From positions 558,001 to 622,000 of the forward strand of contig JASTWF010000036.1 in assembly GCA_030390025.1 (NCBI GenBank): 64,000 nucleotides of DNA, read 5' to 3'. This document shows, one piece after another, positions 63,194 through 64,000 of the stretch (the stretch's first letter is position 1; each line of letters starts with the position of its first letter). The notes under the pieces were generated by a model. That model worked only from the letters and a program-made list of their open reading frames with translations, made no database searches and was not told the origin of the DNA. The position numbers and the translations under genes were made by a program. This stretch comes from Squalus acanthias (lineage: Eukaryota).

Positions 63194-63328
63194 TGATTGA
63201 GGACAGGAAGTCTTCGAAAGCGTCGTAGGGGAACAGAGGCTCGGGCAGCTCCCGGAAGAACATCTTCAGCGCACCGGTGATCACGTGGACATCCTCCCAC
63301 TCGGCGTTGTCCATGTCCAGCTTCTCTT
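63194..63328 (-). CDS. ARHGAP12/15-like: RhoGAP domain exon of an ARHGAP9/12/15/27-subfamily gene
   Basis: EEKLDMDNAEWEDVHVITGALKMFFRELPEPLFPYDAFEDFLSSI; acceptor ctctgcag and donor A|GTAAGT on - strand; 135 nt. Confidence 0.95.
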
Positions 63329-63614
63329 CTGCAGAGGGAGGGGGGGGGGAACGATTCACAAGAGACAAGACGGGTGAAGGGGAGGCAGAAGGAACGAGGA
63401 GCGCGAACGCATTCGATCGTTTAAGCGACGGCCCTTCGAGGGGCGAGTACCGGGTCCAATAGCTTAAACCCTGGACGGCCGGACGAACAAACCCCAAACC
63501 CCGGGCAGCTGCTGGCCAAAGGGAGCTTCTCCGTCAGACTGGAAGTGGTCAGCACCCAACCCCTTTCCCCGCACCCGCACTCCACAAAAGGTAAGAAAAC
63601 AAAAATGTTAAAAC

Positions 63615-64000
63615 GCATTTCCCCAGCGCCTTTCACCACCTCAGGACGTCCCAAAGCGCTTTCACAGCCAATTAAGTACTATTTTTTTTTGAAGTGTGGT
63701 CACTGTTGTAATGTAGGAAACGCGGCAGCCAATTTGCGCACAGCAAGCTCCCACAAACAGCGATGTGATGATGACCCAGATCATCTGTTTTTTTTCCAAG
63801 TGATGCTGGTTGAGGGATAAATATTGGCCCCAGGACACCAGGGAGAACTCCCCCCCTGCTCTTCTTCGAAATAGCGGCCCGTGGGATCTTTTACATCCAC
63901 CAGAGAGGGCAGACGGGGCCTCGGTTTAACGTCTCATCCGAAAGACGCCCCCTCTGACAGTGTGGCGCTCCCTCAGCACTGCCCCTCCCGACAGTGCGGC
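63615..64000 (-). mobile_element. Deu-domain SINE running off the window end
   Basis: Tail, Deu core and first 33-bp units. Confidence 0.87.

Overview
Eukaryotic, repeat-dense, GC-rich vertebrate DNA. The CR1/HER1 LINEs, an HE1-type V-SINE and many Deu-domain SINEs point to a shark or other elasmobranch. Two convergent protein-coding genes are present. (1) On the + strand is a spliced ZEB (zinc finger E-box-binding homeobox) family gene with six identifiable coding exons (17661-41114). One N-terminal zinc-finger exon is missing, probably in the 500-N gap, and the ATG exon is not visible. It keeps the DNA-binding finger clusters, two CtBP motifs and putative miR-200 3'UTR sites, but is strongly diverged from ZEB1/ZEB2 and has no recognisable homeodomain. 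(2) On the - strand are the last three coding exons of an ARHGAP9/12/15/27-type RhoGAP gene (58174-63328). The tail-to-tail ZEB-ARHGAP layout matches ZEB1-ARHGAP12 and ZEB2-ARHGAP15, so this may be a third ZEB ohnolog that mammals lack. Also notable are a ~3.7 kb intronic 27-bp array with a CTCF-like core in each unit and many minisatellites amplified from pieces of transposons. Almost all long ORFs in the track are repeat artefacts. Comparisons to human proteins are from memory and need alignment to confirm.
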